Below are positions 1 to 12,520 of a stretch of 64,000 nt of DNA, one piece after another. Within the stretch, counting starts at the first letter, position 1. Each line of letters begins with the position of its first letter. The stretch is from contig NC_083409.1 in NCBI RefSeq assembly GCF_020745735.1, forward strand, positions 15,595,873 through 15,659,872, written 5' to 3'. Below the pieces are notes generated by a model. The model searched no databases. It saw only the letters and a program-made list of their open reading frames with translations, and had not been told where the DNA came from. The stretch comes from Hemiscyllium ocellatum. Taxonomy: Eukaryota. A program made the translations under genes and the position numbers.

Positions 1-2
1 AA

Positions 3-672
3 TCACTCTCGGCCGCGCTGCAGAAGCACGTCCGAGACATCCAGGAACTGGAGCGCCGAGTCAGAGGGGCGGAGTTAAAGGCCGCGACCTCTGAGACTGC
101 AGCTCAATTGGCCGCGGATCAGGTCCGGACTCTCGAGCAGCGAGTCCGGACCTTAGAAAATCATATTGACGACCTCGATAATCGAGCTCGTTGAAAAAAT
201 ATTCGGTTGCTGGGCCTTCCCGAACGGGAAGAGGGAGGCCAGCTTAGAGCATTCCTGGAGCAGTGGCTGCCACAGCTTTTAAATCTGCATGCTGGATCAG
301 GCCAGGTAAGGGTGGAATGGGCCTACCGGGTCGCAATATTTGGGCCCGGCTCAAACCAGCGCCCACGCCCGGTTCTCTTCCAGCTGCAGAGCTATAGAGA
401 GAGGCAGATGCTCCTAGAAGCCTCAAGAAACCTTGGAAAATATCCCCAAGCCATGATCTACAAAAGGATCCAAGATCATGCTATTTCAGGACTTTTCCCC
501 AGCTCTGGTCTGAAAGAGGAGGGCATTCGATGAGGTGAAGAAGCGTTTAAGGGACTTAAATATTCAGTATTGCTTACGCTATCCAGCGACGCTACGCTTT
601 AACCACGAAGGATCCATGTTTTACTTCGGATCACCAGAGAAGGCTAAGGAATTCTTGGACTCTCTTAAATAA
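3..672 (+). pseudogene. L1 ORF1p remnant (coiled coil, RRM, CTD)
   Basis: Heptad-like N-terminal part and an L1 ORF1 'LxNRxRRxNIRxxGLPE' motif. Two CGA->TGA-type stops and one frameshift near 440-465; ends GAA TTC TTG GAC TCT CTT AAA TAA. Confidence 0.85.
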
Positions 673-1441
673 ACTGTAAGAGATTGTGGATGTTGGTTTG
701 CCTTTCCCCCCACTTTGGTCTATATCCACCCCTTCTTTTTTCTTTTTCTCTTTTTTTTAACCTCATTGTTTAATATTATCATGGGGGGCGGGGAGAGGGA
801 ATTGATTTTCTCCCCCGCCCCCCCCCCCCCTGCCCCCCCCCCCCGCTTGGGTTTGTTTTCTTTCATTACTTTATGTATATATGTGGGTATGTATGTGTGT
901 ATATATATGTTGGGGCGATTGGTTAATGTTGGTGGGGGGAGGTGGTTGCCTTATTCTATTTTACCTCTGTCTTTAGGAGCGGGGTTGTTTCTCCCCTGTT
1001 ATTTTGTATTATTATATCTAATTGAGATATAATAATACAAATGTTGAGATTGTAATTTTACAGTTATATATTTATATATGGTATTAACATTCCAAAATAT
1101 ATCCAGGTGTTGGTGTGGATGGGGGTAGGGTGCTCACTGTTAACTCTAGCTTTGTATTATATTTGAATTCTCCTCATTTTATTGAGGAGCACCCGGGTCA
1201 AGGGTGGGGCATTGGTTGGGAGAGGATAAGATGGACTTTTGGAGAGGAAGTGACGCTCCCTGGGAACAAGGGGGAAAATCTCCATTTAGGTATGTTTTAT
1301 ATTTTTGTTATTTAGAAATAATTTTTTATTATATTGTTGTGAGTGTATTAGCGAACCTTTATTTTTGTAAATTCTATATGCTCCATGCTCGGGATGTTCC
1401 AGATAGGATTTCCCCTCCCAAGGGGTCTCGGATCTGCCCAG

Positions 1442-2086
1442 ATGATTGTGGTTGATCAGTCGGTTAAGTGGTGCACCTGGAATGTCAAGGGGAGTAATTC
1501 TCCAGTCAAAAGGAAGAAAAGATTATCAAATCTTAAGAAAGAAAGAGTTGATATAGCTCTCCTACAGGAGACACACCTGTCAGATAAAGAACACTTAAAA
1601 TTACGGCAGGGTGGATTTGATCAGGCCTTTCTCTCTTCTTTTAGCTCAAAAAGCAGGGGAGTTGTTATTCTTGTTCGGAAGAATTTCCCTTTCAACATTC
1701 TAAATCAGATAAATGACGAATCTGGACGATATATTTTGATTAAAGCCCTCGTAAATGGAGAGGAATATGGGATTCTAAATTTGTACTGCCCCCCGGCACA
1801 CCCCTCTAAATTTCTAACGGAAGCTTTTTCAAAATTGATGGCCTTTGGTGCCCGTCATACAATTATAGGGGGAGACTTTAATTGTATTATGGATCCGGAA
1901 ATAGATAGGATTCCCAAGAGTGCTGCCGGAGTATCTCCCAGATCGAGACAATTGGCGGATCTGAATAAAGAATTAGGATTGGTAGATGTATGGAGATGTC
2001 TTCATCCACAGGGTAGAGATTTGTCTTTCTACTCTAATCCACATAAAGGTCATACAAGAATTGATATGTTTTTTGCCCCTACATAA
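1442..2086 (+). pseudogene. L1 ORF2 apurinic-like endonuclease domain (truncated at the deletion junction)
   Basis: Motifs WNVKG, LLQETHL, NLYCP, IIGGDFN, DVWR and RIDMF in ORF 1385..2086. Confidence 0.9.
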
Positions 2087-3359
2087 ATTATATGGCTGGC
2101 TGGGTTCCTTTATCTGGAATCATAGACGGCCCCTTATTAAGCTGAAGAAGCTACAGCTTCCACAGGCAAGGGGAGGACTGGACTTTCCAGACTTTAGGAA
2201 ATATCAGTTAAGTTCCCTATTAAGTTACATAGCTGATTGGCTCTTGTCTGATCCACAATCAATCTGGCTGGACATCGCGGCCTCTCAAGTAAAATACCCA
2301 CTTATTAACCTCTTATTTTCAGACAAGAGGAAAATCATTACAGATCACTTTAAAAACACCATAATACTAAACACAATTAAGGCCTGGAATATAATGCGGC
2401 AAAATGAGGGTAATTTACATAAAACATCCCCCCATGCACTGATAGTAGGGGCATGGGGATTCCAACCGGGGTTTACAGATGCCACTTTTAAACTCTGGAG
2501 ATACAAGGGTATCCCATGTTTAGGGGACCTATTTAAAGATGGGGTCCTGATGTCCTTTGAACAGCTGCGTCAGAAATTCGGATTACCCAATGGAGACCTC
2601 TTTCGATACTTCCAAATTCGAGATTATATACAGAAGAAGACTACTTTAATAGATAGTCTTTATAAATCAGATAGAGAATGTAATGTCCTACGACCATTTG
2701 GGGTATCATCCGTCAGTACTATTTATCATTTACTCCATGATGAAGTGTCGGGAGATATGGACAATCTGCTTAAAACATGGGATCAGGATTTGGGACTAGA
2801 AATCTCTAAAGAAACGTGGAATGATATTTGGGAAAATGCTAGAAGAATTACTATCTGTAACAGAACCCAGGCTATCCAGCTGAAGATACTTCATAGGGCC
2901 CATATAGCAAAGGCTCATTTGGCAAAATTTAAGGCAGGAGCATCTCCAATGTGTCCCAAATGCAAAATAGAGGTGGGCACTCTTGTACATTGCCTATGGA
3001 CTTGTCATAAGATCCGTAGATATTGGACTAAAGTGACAGAAATTTTAGGAACGGAAATTAGAGTGGACCCTATATCTCTCCTTTTGGGCTTTTCGAACTT
3101 TTCCTCCCTGGATACGCACGGGAAGAGACTATTTTCTATTCTCTCTTTCTGTGCAAGGAAAAATATTTTGGTGAACTGGGTGGCTGAGGGCTCCCCTGGA
3201 CTTTCAAATTGGCACAGATTAATTATGGAATGTATTCCCCTTGACTTCCTTACAAATATGGTGCACCGAAAGACTGAATTATTTTATAAAATATGGCAGC
3301 CCTTTTTGAATTACATAAATGCAGATATTTCGGCCATCCTAACAAGGGCCTTTATTTAG
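2083..3359 (+). pseudogene. L1 ORF2 post-RT/C-terminal region
   Basis: Open frame begins at FIWNHRRPLIKLKKLQLPQARGGLDFPDF (post-RT block) and includes CPKCKIEVGTLVHCLWTC (CCHC). No RT motifs occur between the EN and this block. Confidence 0.88.
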
Positions 3360-5188
3360 TGAAGATTACAAACCTGGCTGCTCCGGGGCCCCTTGGGAGA
3401 GGAATCCCGCACGAATACGGGTTTTATTATGTTTGATGTTAATACATTCCGAGCATGTCAGAGACTTAAGTATACACTCTGGTTAGTTATAGGTTAGATT
3501 AATAGAAAGTTGAGTTTTTATTTTTTTTTTCTTTCTTTTCTTTGTTAAATTTTGACTAGTGTATTTAATTGTACATCAATGTTTAAATTTGAGAGTTTTG
3601 TTTATTTTTGTAAATTTGTAAAAATGTTAAATTTCTAATAAAAATATCTAAAAAAAACCAACAAAGTGGGAAGTCTCTTGATATTTTAAATACACTGTCT
3701 GCAGGAAAATGTTTGACCAAGGTTTTAATATTGTTTAATAAGGTAATGATGTAAATACACCAGTGTTGTTTACAGCTGGGATCATTTAACATCATGGTCC
3801 AAGAATTAAATGGATCCTCACTCGTGATAATACAGTTTTCAATGTTTCTCTCCCGTTACATGTTATGAAGAAGTTTTCAAACGTGTTATGATGAGGACAG
3901 TGCATCTTCAACACCGTGTGACAGAGTGGGTGGCTGTTTGAATTCTCTCTTGTGATAATACAGTCTTAAATGTGTCAGTGTTACTTTCCCCACTCTCTGG
4001 GGGGAATCGCTGTCACTGTCTCCACCCCACCCTTCACTCTCGAGGTGATACCGTTTTTAACAACCTTTCTGTCTGAGAATGTCCCTGTTCCTGTTCCCCT
4101 CTCTCAGGGATGGGGTGGGTGTTTCACATGCACCTGGTTTGTTAGTTCCACTTACTCTCTTGTGAAATGGGTAATCCCTGTTTTACTCTGGTATCAGTGA
4201 GTTAAAGCCCAGTAGAGTTCACCCTTCATCTCCATCATATCTCAGGGCCTAAGGTTGGTCAGTCCTGTCTGGTTCCAGAACAATCCCACCACTTCCCGTA
4301 GTTTTCCTTCTTTCCTATCTTTACTGAACACCTTGTATCCAGGAATTCCCAGTCCCGCCCGATTTCTGTTAGAGCCACAGCATCAGATTTCTATTTTGCA
4401 ATCTGCATCTGTAACTCCCTAATACTGTATTATTGACCCATTTCAGTCTGTTTCCCATCAGTCAGGGTCCTTCATTGGCAAAGGCTGCCTTTAAATAATC
4501 TCAGTGACTGTGGAGACCTGGTGAGGTTGGGAAAAATCAGAAGGATCAGTTGCCCCATTTGTATTATGTACAGGGCCCGGGACACAACAACGGGACCCCA
4601 GGGGGCCCGTTGTGCTCGGGTCTGGGACTGAGGAGCAAGAGCGGGTCCTGTAATCTCTGATCGCTGTCCCTGATTTGTGGGTCCTCTCTGATGGAGACCA
4701 TTGTCAAATCCATTGTCAAGATCGCCGCCTCTTGGCCTGGAGAAGCAAGAACATGCAGTGCTCGTGGGAATAACCTGAAAGTGATCAGAGGACAAGGTCA
4801 AAAATCATACGACACCAGGTTATAATCAAATAGGTTTATTATAAGACACAAGCCTCGCCCCTTATTCAGTTGCCCAGAGGAGCAAACAAGGTGAATTTAT
4901 TCAACAGAGAAAACAAACTCTGCTGTTCATTTCCTTCTAGATTGACTCGTTTGAATATCACACACATACTCAGAGTGGCACCTACAGGCATCATTATGTA
5001 GTATACTCGCACTTAGAGGGACACACAGCCTGCAGTGTTAGTGGTTGGCCTAAGATCACTTCAGGTACAACTCAGCATGCAGCAAAGAGTGCAGAGTGCA
5101 ATCCCAGCACCTGAGCGTGGACCACAGAGTGAAGAGGGAATGTCGAAGATTGTAATTATTGAGTCCTAACAGCTTTCTGTTTCTCGGT

Positions 5189-6545
5189 AAAAACAAGGAC
5201 CGCAGATGCTGGAAACCAGAGGCTAGATCAGAGTGGTGCTGGAAAAGCACAGCAGGTCAGGCAGCATCCATGGAGAAGGAAAATCAATGTTTCGGGCAAA
5301 ATCCCTTCATCAGGAATAGAAGTAGGGTGGTGCAGAGTGGAGAGATAAATATGAGGGGGTTGGGGAGAAAGTAGCATAGAGTATAATAGGTGAATGGGGT
5401 GGGGACCGAGGTGATAGGTCAGAGAGGAGGGTGGGGGAAGGTAGCAAAGAGTACAATAGGTGAATTCAGGTGGGGATGGAGATGATAGGTCAGAGAGGAG
5501 GGTGGAGTGGACAGGTGGAAAGGTAGATAAGCAGGTAGGACAGGTCATGAGGATGGTGCTGAGGCTGGAACGTTGGAGCTGGGGTGAGGTGTGGGAAGGT
5601 GAAATGAGGAAGCTGGTGAAATCCACATTGATGCCATGGGATTGAAGTGTTTGGAGGTGGAAGATGAGGCGTTCTTCCTCCAGGCGTCAGGTGGTGAGAG
5701 AGCAGTGGTGGAGGAGGCCTAGGACTTGCATGTCCTCGACAAGGTGGGAGGGGGAGTTGAAATGTTGGGCCACAGGGCAGTGGGGTTGATTGGTGTGCTT
5801 GTCCCTGAGATGTTCCCTAAAGTACTATTCAAGGAGGCGTCCAGTCTCCCCAATATAGAGGAGACTGCATCGGGTGCAACGGATACAATAAATGATATTG
5901 GTGGATGTGCAGATAAAAATTTGATGGATGTGGAAGGCTCTTTTGGGGCCTTAGATGGAGATGAGGGAGGAGGTGTGGTCGCAGGTTTTGCAATTCCTGC
6001 GGTGGCAGGGGAGGGTGCCAGGAAGGGAGGGTGGGTTGTTGGGGGACGTGGACCTGACCAGGTAGTCACGGATGGAACGGTCTTTGCGGAAAGCAGGAAT
6101 GGGTGGGGAGGAAATATATCCCTGGTGGTGGAGTCCGTTTGGAGGTGGCGGAAATGTCATCGGATGATGTGGTTTATGCGAAGGTTGGTAGGGTGGAAGG
6201 TGAGCACCAGGGGGATTCTGTCCTTGTTACAGTTGGAGGGGTGGGATGTGGACAAACTGCGTTGGAGCGCATCTTTGAACCCGTGGGAAGAGAAATTGCA
6301 GTCTCTAAATAAGGAGGCCATCTGGTGTGTTCTTTGGTGGAACAGGTCCTCCTAGGAGCAGATATGGTGGAGGCGGAGGAATTGGGAATATGGGATGACA
6401 TTTTTGCAAGAGGTAGGTTGGGATGAGGTGTAATCCTTGGTGTCAGTAGATTTGTATAAAATGTCAGTGTCAAGTCGGTCATCATTAATGAAGATGGAGT
6501 GGTCCAGGAAGGGGAGGGAGGTGTCAGAGATGGTCCAGGTGGTCA
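5189..6545 (-). mobile_element. Penelope-like element, 5'-truncated (RT thumb, GIY-YIG endonuclease, pLTR tail)
   Basis: Minus-strand translations give SLPFLDHSI...YSQFLRLHHICS, AFRKDRSIRDYLVRS...PCHRRNCKTC and NIIYCIRCTRCSLLYIGETGRLL. A degenerate hammerhead core lies at 5286-5313. Confidence 0.9.
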
Positions 6546-6611
6546 TTAATGGAAATCTGTTTGGAATCTTGTAACCTCAAGTGATTCCAGATCAAAGGGA
6601 TCATTTGAAAG

Positions 6612-6717
6612 TGATTGATGATTGGCTGTCAGTATCCTCTACAACGGATGTGTCATTGATTGACAGGCCAATGAGCCAATTGTGACAATGCCATGCTGAA
6701 ATGCAGCCAATCAGCTG
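6612..6717. promoter_or_regulatory. Candidate CCAAT / PBX-MEIS / E-box module 3' of the C exon
   Basis: ATTGG 6621-25, CTGTCA 6626-31, TGATTGACAG 6657-66, CCAAT 6668-72, 6676-80 and 6707-11, CAGCTG 6712-17. Confidence 0.35.
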
Positions 6718-6772
6718 AATGGAGTGGTCAATTTCTAAAGCGCACAGAGACAGAGACTGAATCTTCTTCATC

Positions 6773-6778
6773 TTTATT
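6773..6778 (-). terminator. Possible polyadenylation signal (AATAAA) of the light-chain transcript
   Basis: TTTATT on plus, ~530 nt past the C stop codon. Position is plausible but unverified. Confidence 0.3.
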
Positions 6779-7304
6779 CCCTTTTCCAGATTGACATTGA
6801 CAGAAAACAGACTGCAATTAACAGCCCAGACAGAGGAAGCTGCACAAATTCACAGCCACATTGGAGCTTGAGGAAAACACTTGTGGAGATTTTCTCAATA
6901 GCACGAGAATCCTGTCCCTTTAAACAGTGACAAAACCTTAAATTGGAACTGGCGGCTGAGCAGGAAGGAGATCTGGTTTACTGAAACAGAGACTTCTGAG
7001 GTTCACATTGTTTTGTACAGCTGACAGTCTTTAGCAACTTCAAGAGATTTTACTTGGCATCACAAGTCAACTCTGCCCCCGCCAAACACTCCCAGAACAG
7101 GGACAGCATGGGGTTTGACACAGCGTAAATCTCTATCTACTCTGTCCCAATGACCTGCCTTAACCCCTGAACCTCAGAAATGTCTCTGAGCTGGTCCTGA
7201 GAAGGAAGAGAGTTGAAATTCAGTTCTGACAATGACCTTTGTCCTGCCAGCTCAGCCCTGTTCTATTTAAAGTTGTGTCTCCTCTGTGGACTGTCTTGAA
7301 CACA

Positions 7305-7633
7305 CTACATGCATTCTGATCTCCTGATGCTCTTGCTGAGGGGAGAGGGGAGGGTCACGTGGGTGAGGGCACAGGAGAAGCGAGCGTCGGACTCCCAGTC
7401 AGACCCAGAGAGGGTCAGCAGGCTGCTGACACTGTAGGTGCTGTCCAAAGCTCGCAGGTAGTTGCTGGTCTGAACCCCGTCCGAAATGACTGCACCATCC
7501 TTCTTCCACTGCACCTCCAGCTCATCGGGATAGAAGTGATTGGCAAGACACACCAGGGTGGCAGTGCCCTTGGCATTGACCTGCTCCAGGGAGGGGGGCA
7601 GCAGGGTCAGCTTGGGCTGAGAGTTCTCACGGC
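7305..7633 (-). CDS. IGKC: Ig kappa-type (type III/NS4-like) light-chain constant exon, intact
   Basis: Acceptor tttcag|GC CGT GAG. Translates (S)RENSQPKLTLLPPSLEQVNAKGTATLVCLANHFYPDELEVQWKKDG...YSVSSLLTLSGSDWESDARFSCALTHVTLPSPLSKSIRRSECM*. C1-set Cys/Trp/Cys and the penultimate interchain Cys are present. Confidence 0.97.
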
Positions 7634-8159
7634 CTGAAAGACAAGAGAAACAATTTTAATCCCTTTTATTCAAACTGATTTTAACTCTCTGAACATTCAC
7701 TGGCAAAACAATCCATTTGAACATTTGTAGCCAATACCTAACAAAGCCCAGAAATAAACAGGCATTGTTCAAATTGCTTCTTGGATGTGAGTGTCACTGC
7801 TAGGATCAGCATTTATTGCCCATCCCTCATCACCCAGAGGGCAGTTAAGAGTCAACCACATTGCTGTGGGTCTGGAGTCACATGGTAAGGATGGCAGCTT
7901 CCTTCCCTCAAGGACATCAGGGAATCAGATGGCTTTTTCCTGACAATCAATAATTGTTTCATGGTCATCATTCGACACTTAATTGTAGATTGTTTTATGG
8001 AATTCACATTCCACCATCTGCTGCAGCAGGATTCTAACTCTGGCCCCCAGAACATTAATCTGGATCTCTGGATGAACAGCTCAGCAATAGTACCATTAAA
8101 TCATCACCTCCTTTATCTTATTTTTAGTTGCGAGTGAAAGCAAGAAGGGTGATTAAAAT

Positions 8160-8885
8160 AGCACAACCAAAAGACTCTCAGTTCAACCCAAAAAAGATTA
8201 GTTCCTTGAAAGTGGAGTTGCAGGTAGGTAAGCGGGTGACAAAGTCATTTAGCATGATTTCCTTTATTGGGCAACGCATTGAGTTTTGGAGTTAGGAGCT
8301 GATGCACCTGTACAGGACATTAGTTTGGCCCCTTTTGGAATACTGTGTGGAATTCTGGCCTCCCTGCTGTAGGAAAAATGTTGGGAACCTTGAAATGATT
8401 CAGAAAATATTTCCAAGGATGTGCCAAGTAGGAGGGTTGGAGCGATCGGGAGAGGCTGAATAGGCTGAGGCTATTTTCCCTGGATGGCTGGAGGCTGAGG
8501 GGTGACCATATCGAGGTTTCTAACATAATGAGGGACATTGATCAAGTGAATAGAGAAGATATTTTGGTCAGAGTGAAGGAGTCCAGAACTAGGGGGCATA
8601 GGTGGAAAGTATCAGGGGAATGATTTAAACGGGAACTAAGGCTTAATGTTTTACTGCAGAGAGTGGTACATTTTTGGAATGAGCTGCCAGAGGAAGTGGT
8701 GGAGGCTGGTATGATAACATTTAAAAGGCATTTGGGTGAGTATATGAATAGGAAGGGTTTGGAAGGATATGGGCCAAATACTGACAAATGGGACTAGATT
8801 AATTTAGGTTAACTGGTCGGCATAGACGAGTTACACAGAAGGATCTATTTCTGTGCTGTACATCTCTCTGACACTATGACTCTAT
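8160..8885 (+). mobile_element. CR1-type LINE 3' fragment
   Basis: Decayed ORF2 end (LVWPLLEYCVEFW; RLNRLRLFSL) and a (CTATGA)n-like tail at ~8872-8887. Boundaries approximate. Confidence 0.75.
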
Positions 8886-9299
8886 GTCACTGTGGTTGAC
8901 ATGGATGAGTCAGATCGAAGAGTCTGTTTCCATGCTGTGCATCTCCCTGACACTAATTGTGTTTCAATCAAGCCCTCAGCACCTCAGGCTCTCCCAAAGA
9001 CAGTTACACTTTGCTTGAAAACCAGTCACTGTTGCAATTTCAGGAAAGGGGCAGCCAATTTCTGCACAGCAAGATCCCACTGGAAGCAATGACATCAAAG
9101 AGCAATAATGATGTTGGCTCAATGATAAATATAGGCCTGAACTCAACCCAAAGAGAAAGTAATTTGGTTCAGTTGAATGGAAACTGAGAAAATAGAAGAT
9201 AAAGGAGAAGGTAGGATTGCTGGTTAGTGATGGGATTGATTGTTACAAGTAAATAAAAGGAAGGGATGGAATTTTTGAACATCAAATGAACCATAAATG

Positions 9300-11440
9300 T
9301 GCAGGGAAAATCAATAATAGATCAAACTTAAAGATTTTGTGTCTAAGTTCACGAAGCATTCCGAGTCAGGGAGACAAAGTGATGCTCCAAATCGAGGTAA
9401 ATTGAGTTTCCAAGAAATTTAAACTAGTTAAAGTGGAGGAGGGCTTAGGAGAGGTTAGCTAAGATTCTCGAAGATGTAATAGGACTGAGAGCATGGAAGG
9501 AATCAGGAATCAAATGTCAAGCACAGCAGATAAGAGGACAATGATGAGAAGGAGGGCAGTCAATGTAGGACTGAGGGTGTTCTACTTAAATGCACAAGAT
9601 ATACACAATAAGCTTGTTGTACAGTCAGAAGGTGTAGAATCTGTGTGGGGAGTGTTGAGGAACCCAAGAAATAAAGAATCTGATGCAAGTTCAGGTCTCC
9701 AAGCAGTAAACAGCGTGTGGGGAAGGAAATCAATCAGGAGACAGAAAAGTCATAAAAAAAAGGTCAGGGCAGACTTCAATGGATAAGTGGCCTGGATAGC
9801 ACGTCTCAACAAAAAGATTTCATGGAATGTCTATGAGATGGTTTTTGAAACAGCTTGCGGTTTGGAACAGGCAGTTCTGGATTCAGTGATGTGTAATGAG
9901 GCAAACTTGGTCAGTGAGCTGAAGATGAAAGTGTCCCTCTGGATAAGTGACCATAATACGATAGAATTCCCCCTGCAGTTTGAGAGGCAGATGCTGCAAT
10001 CAGATGGAACAGTATTTCAATTGAGTAAAGGGAACGACAAAGACGTGAGGAAGGAGCTGGTCAGAGTTGATTGGAAGGGGAGCTGAGCAGGTAAGATGGT
10101 GTGGCAGCAAACAGCAGAGTTTCTGGGGGTAATTCAGGAAGCAGAGTAGGAATTTATCCCAAAAAAGAAGAAACACACTAAGGGGAGGACAATGTAACCA
10201 TGGCTGATGAGGGAGGTCAAGGACAGCATAAAAGCAAAAGAAAAAGCACACAATGTGGTGGAAAATAGTGGGAGGCCAGAGGATTAGGAAGTCTTTAAAA
10301 ACCTGTAGAGGATAACAAAAAAAACATTCAGGGTACAGAAGGTGAAATGTGGGGGAAAGCGAGCCAGTAATATAAAAGAATATTGCAAGAATTTCATCAG
10401 ATATATAAAAAGGAAGAGGGAAACAGAAATAGACATTGGAAAAAGAATAATAGGAAATGAAGAAAAAGCAGAGGAATTGAATACATACATTACATCAGTC
10501 TGCACAATGGAAAACACCAGCAGTGTCCCAGAACTTCAAGACTGTCAGGGGACAGAGGTGAGAGCAGTGGCCATTACTAAGGAGGAGGTACTGGGGAAGC
10601 TGAAATGTCTGAGTGTGGATAACTCACCCAGACTAGATGAATTACACCAATGTGTTCTGAAGGAGATCACCGAGGAGATTGTGGAGACATTTTTGATGAT
10701 ATTTCAGGAATCAATGGAGTCAGGGTGTGGAGGTATTTTCTAAATGAGGAAAGCCTTTGGAAATCTAAAGCACAAACCTCATTCAGGTTTCTCTTCAGGT
10801 TAACAGGCAGGTCCAGTTTGTGCTTGGGAAGGCTAATGAAATGTTAGCACTCATTTCAATAGGGCCAGAATACAAGAGCAGAGATGTACTGCTGAGGCTG
10901 TGTAAGGCTCTGGTCAGTCTGAATTTGGAATATTGTGAGCAGATTTAGGATCCATATTCTTTGAAACGATGTGCTGGCACTGGAGGGGTTTACAAGAATG
11001 ATCCTGGGGATGGAGGGCTTGTCATATGAGGCACGGTTAAGGACTCTGTGTCTGTACTCAATGGAGTTTAGAAGGATGAGTAGGGATCTTATTGAAATTT
11101 GCAGAATACAGATAGACCTGGATAGAGTGGATGGGGAGAAGATGTTTCCAAATACAGGAGAGACGAGGTAACCGCAGCACAGCCTCAGAATGAAGGGCCG
11201 ACCCTTCCGAGCTGAGATGAGGAGGGATTTCTTCAGCCAGAGGGTGGTGGATCTATGGAACTCATTGTTACAGAGGGCAGGGAGGCCAAGTCACTGAGTG
11301 TATTTAAGATAGAGGTAGATAGGTTCATGATTGTTAAGGGGATGGAAAGTTCCTGTGGAGCAGGCAGGAGAATGGGGTGAGAAGCATATCTGCCAAGGTC
11401 AAATGGCAGAGCAGATTCCATGGGCTGAATGGCTGATTTC
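9300..11440 (+). mobile_element. Fragmented CR1-type LINE (EN and ORF2 3' pieces)
   Basis: LRVFYLNAQ, SDHNTIEF, VLGKLKCLSVDNSPRLDELHQCVLKE and RMILGMEGLSYEARL motifs. Boundaries approximate. Confidence 0.75.
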
Positions 11441-11559
11441 TGCTCCTATTTCTCAAAGTTTTCTGGAGAGTTTCTCCAAAACCCTGGAACACTGAACCCA
11501 CTGAACACTGGACTCTGAGCCCTGATGTAGCTGTTTGTCATCACAACTTTGCAAAGAGA

Positions 11560-12520
11560 TAATCCAAGAGTGGAGAGAGTGTGCATCCATGTGAGAACTT
11601 CAGAATGTTTCCCAGCTCCTGGAATTCCATGAGTACAGGAAGTGTGGTCAGTGACAGCAGTTGGAGCTCCGGGTTTTGGAGGTGGACCAGCAGCTGGTGT
11701 CAGTGTGGAGCGTCCGTGAGGCTGAGAGCTCCGTGGAGAAACGTTTCTAGATGTGGTCACTCCGCAGCTTCAGAGTATGCAGGGAGAGAGGGAATGGGGG
11801 AGCAGCAGACAGTCCAAAAGGGCCAGGCAGCTAGTACAGGAATCCCCTGAGTGTATCCCACTCTCCAACCAGGATTCAGTTCAGAATCCTGATGAGAATG
11901 ATGGTTCAGCTGGGGAGTGTAGCCAGGACGAAGTCCCTGGCACCACGGGGGGGGGGGGGGGGGGGCGGGGGGGCAGCTGTACAGGGGGGCACAAGGAAGA
12001 CTGGAAGAGTGATAGTGAGAGGAGATTGGAGAGTGAGGGCAGTCGATAGATGTTTCTGCAGCTGCAGATGGGAATTCAGGATGTTGTGTTGTCTCCCTAG
12101 TGCCAGGGTTAAGGATATCACTGAGCGGCTGCAGAGAACCCTGAGGGGAGAGGGGGAACAGGCAGCAGTTGTGGTCCTCATTGGTCCCAGTGACAGAGGG
12201 AGAAAAGAGATGTGGTCCTCCAGTCAGAAGTTTTGGAGCTTCCTACTTTTAAGTAATCTGGAGCTTCCTACTTTTGAGTTCCTACTGCTAATTAGTAGCA
12301 GGAACTCAAAAGTAGGAATCTCCAGATTATTCCCAGTGCCCCACGCAAGTGAAGAAGGAATCAGGCCCGAAACGTCGACTCTCCTGCTCCTTGGATGCTG
12401 CCTGACCTGCTGCGCTTTTCCAGCAACACATTTGCAGCACCCCACACAAGTGAGAATAGAATCAGGAGGTGAACACAGGTGATTGCTGGGCTGGAAAGAG
12501 GATCCATGAGGGAGGGCTTT
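11560..12520 (+). mobile_element. CR1 ORF1 (SGNH/esterase-type) remnant carrying a fold-back and a Penelope micro-insertion
   Basis: RVIVRGDWRVRAVDRCFC...CCLPSARVKDITERLQRTLRGEGEQAAVVVLIG resembles the CR1 ORF1 esterase. PLE tail at 12353-12439 is flanked by CCCCACRCAAGTGA duplications. Confidence 0.75.

Larger units (their letters stand above)
1..3665 (+). mobile_element. L1/Tx1-clade LINE, 5' end outside window, with internal deletion of the RT domain
   Basis: ORF1 remnant (DLDNRAR*KNIRLLGLPE ... GSKIMLFQDFSPALV*KRRAFDEVKKRL), then an APE endonuclease ORF, then the ORF2 C-terminus with a CCHC knuckle. T-rich 3'UTR ends in AATAAA plus an A-rich tail at ~3637-3665. Confidence 0.93.

Noticed and set aside
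715-1455. Hydrophobic ORFs (715..1032, 1115..1315, 1204..1455) as membrane proteins
   Set aside because: They are low-complexity T-rich and poly-C translations of the L1 inter-ORF spacer.
5286-5313. Active hammerhead in the large Penelope copy
   Set aside because: Stem II has a mismatch (GGGA/GCCC) and GAAACATT breaks the palindromic stem III; likely inactive.
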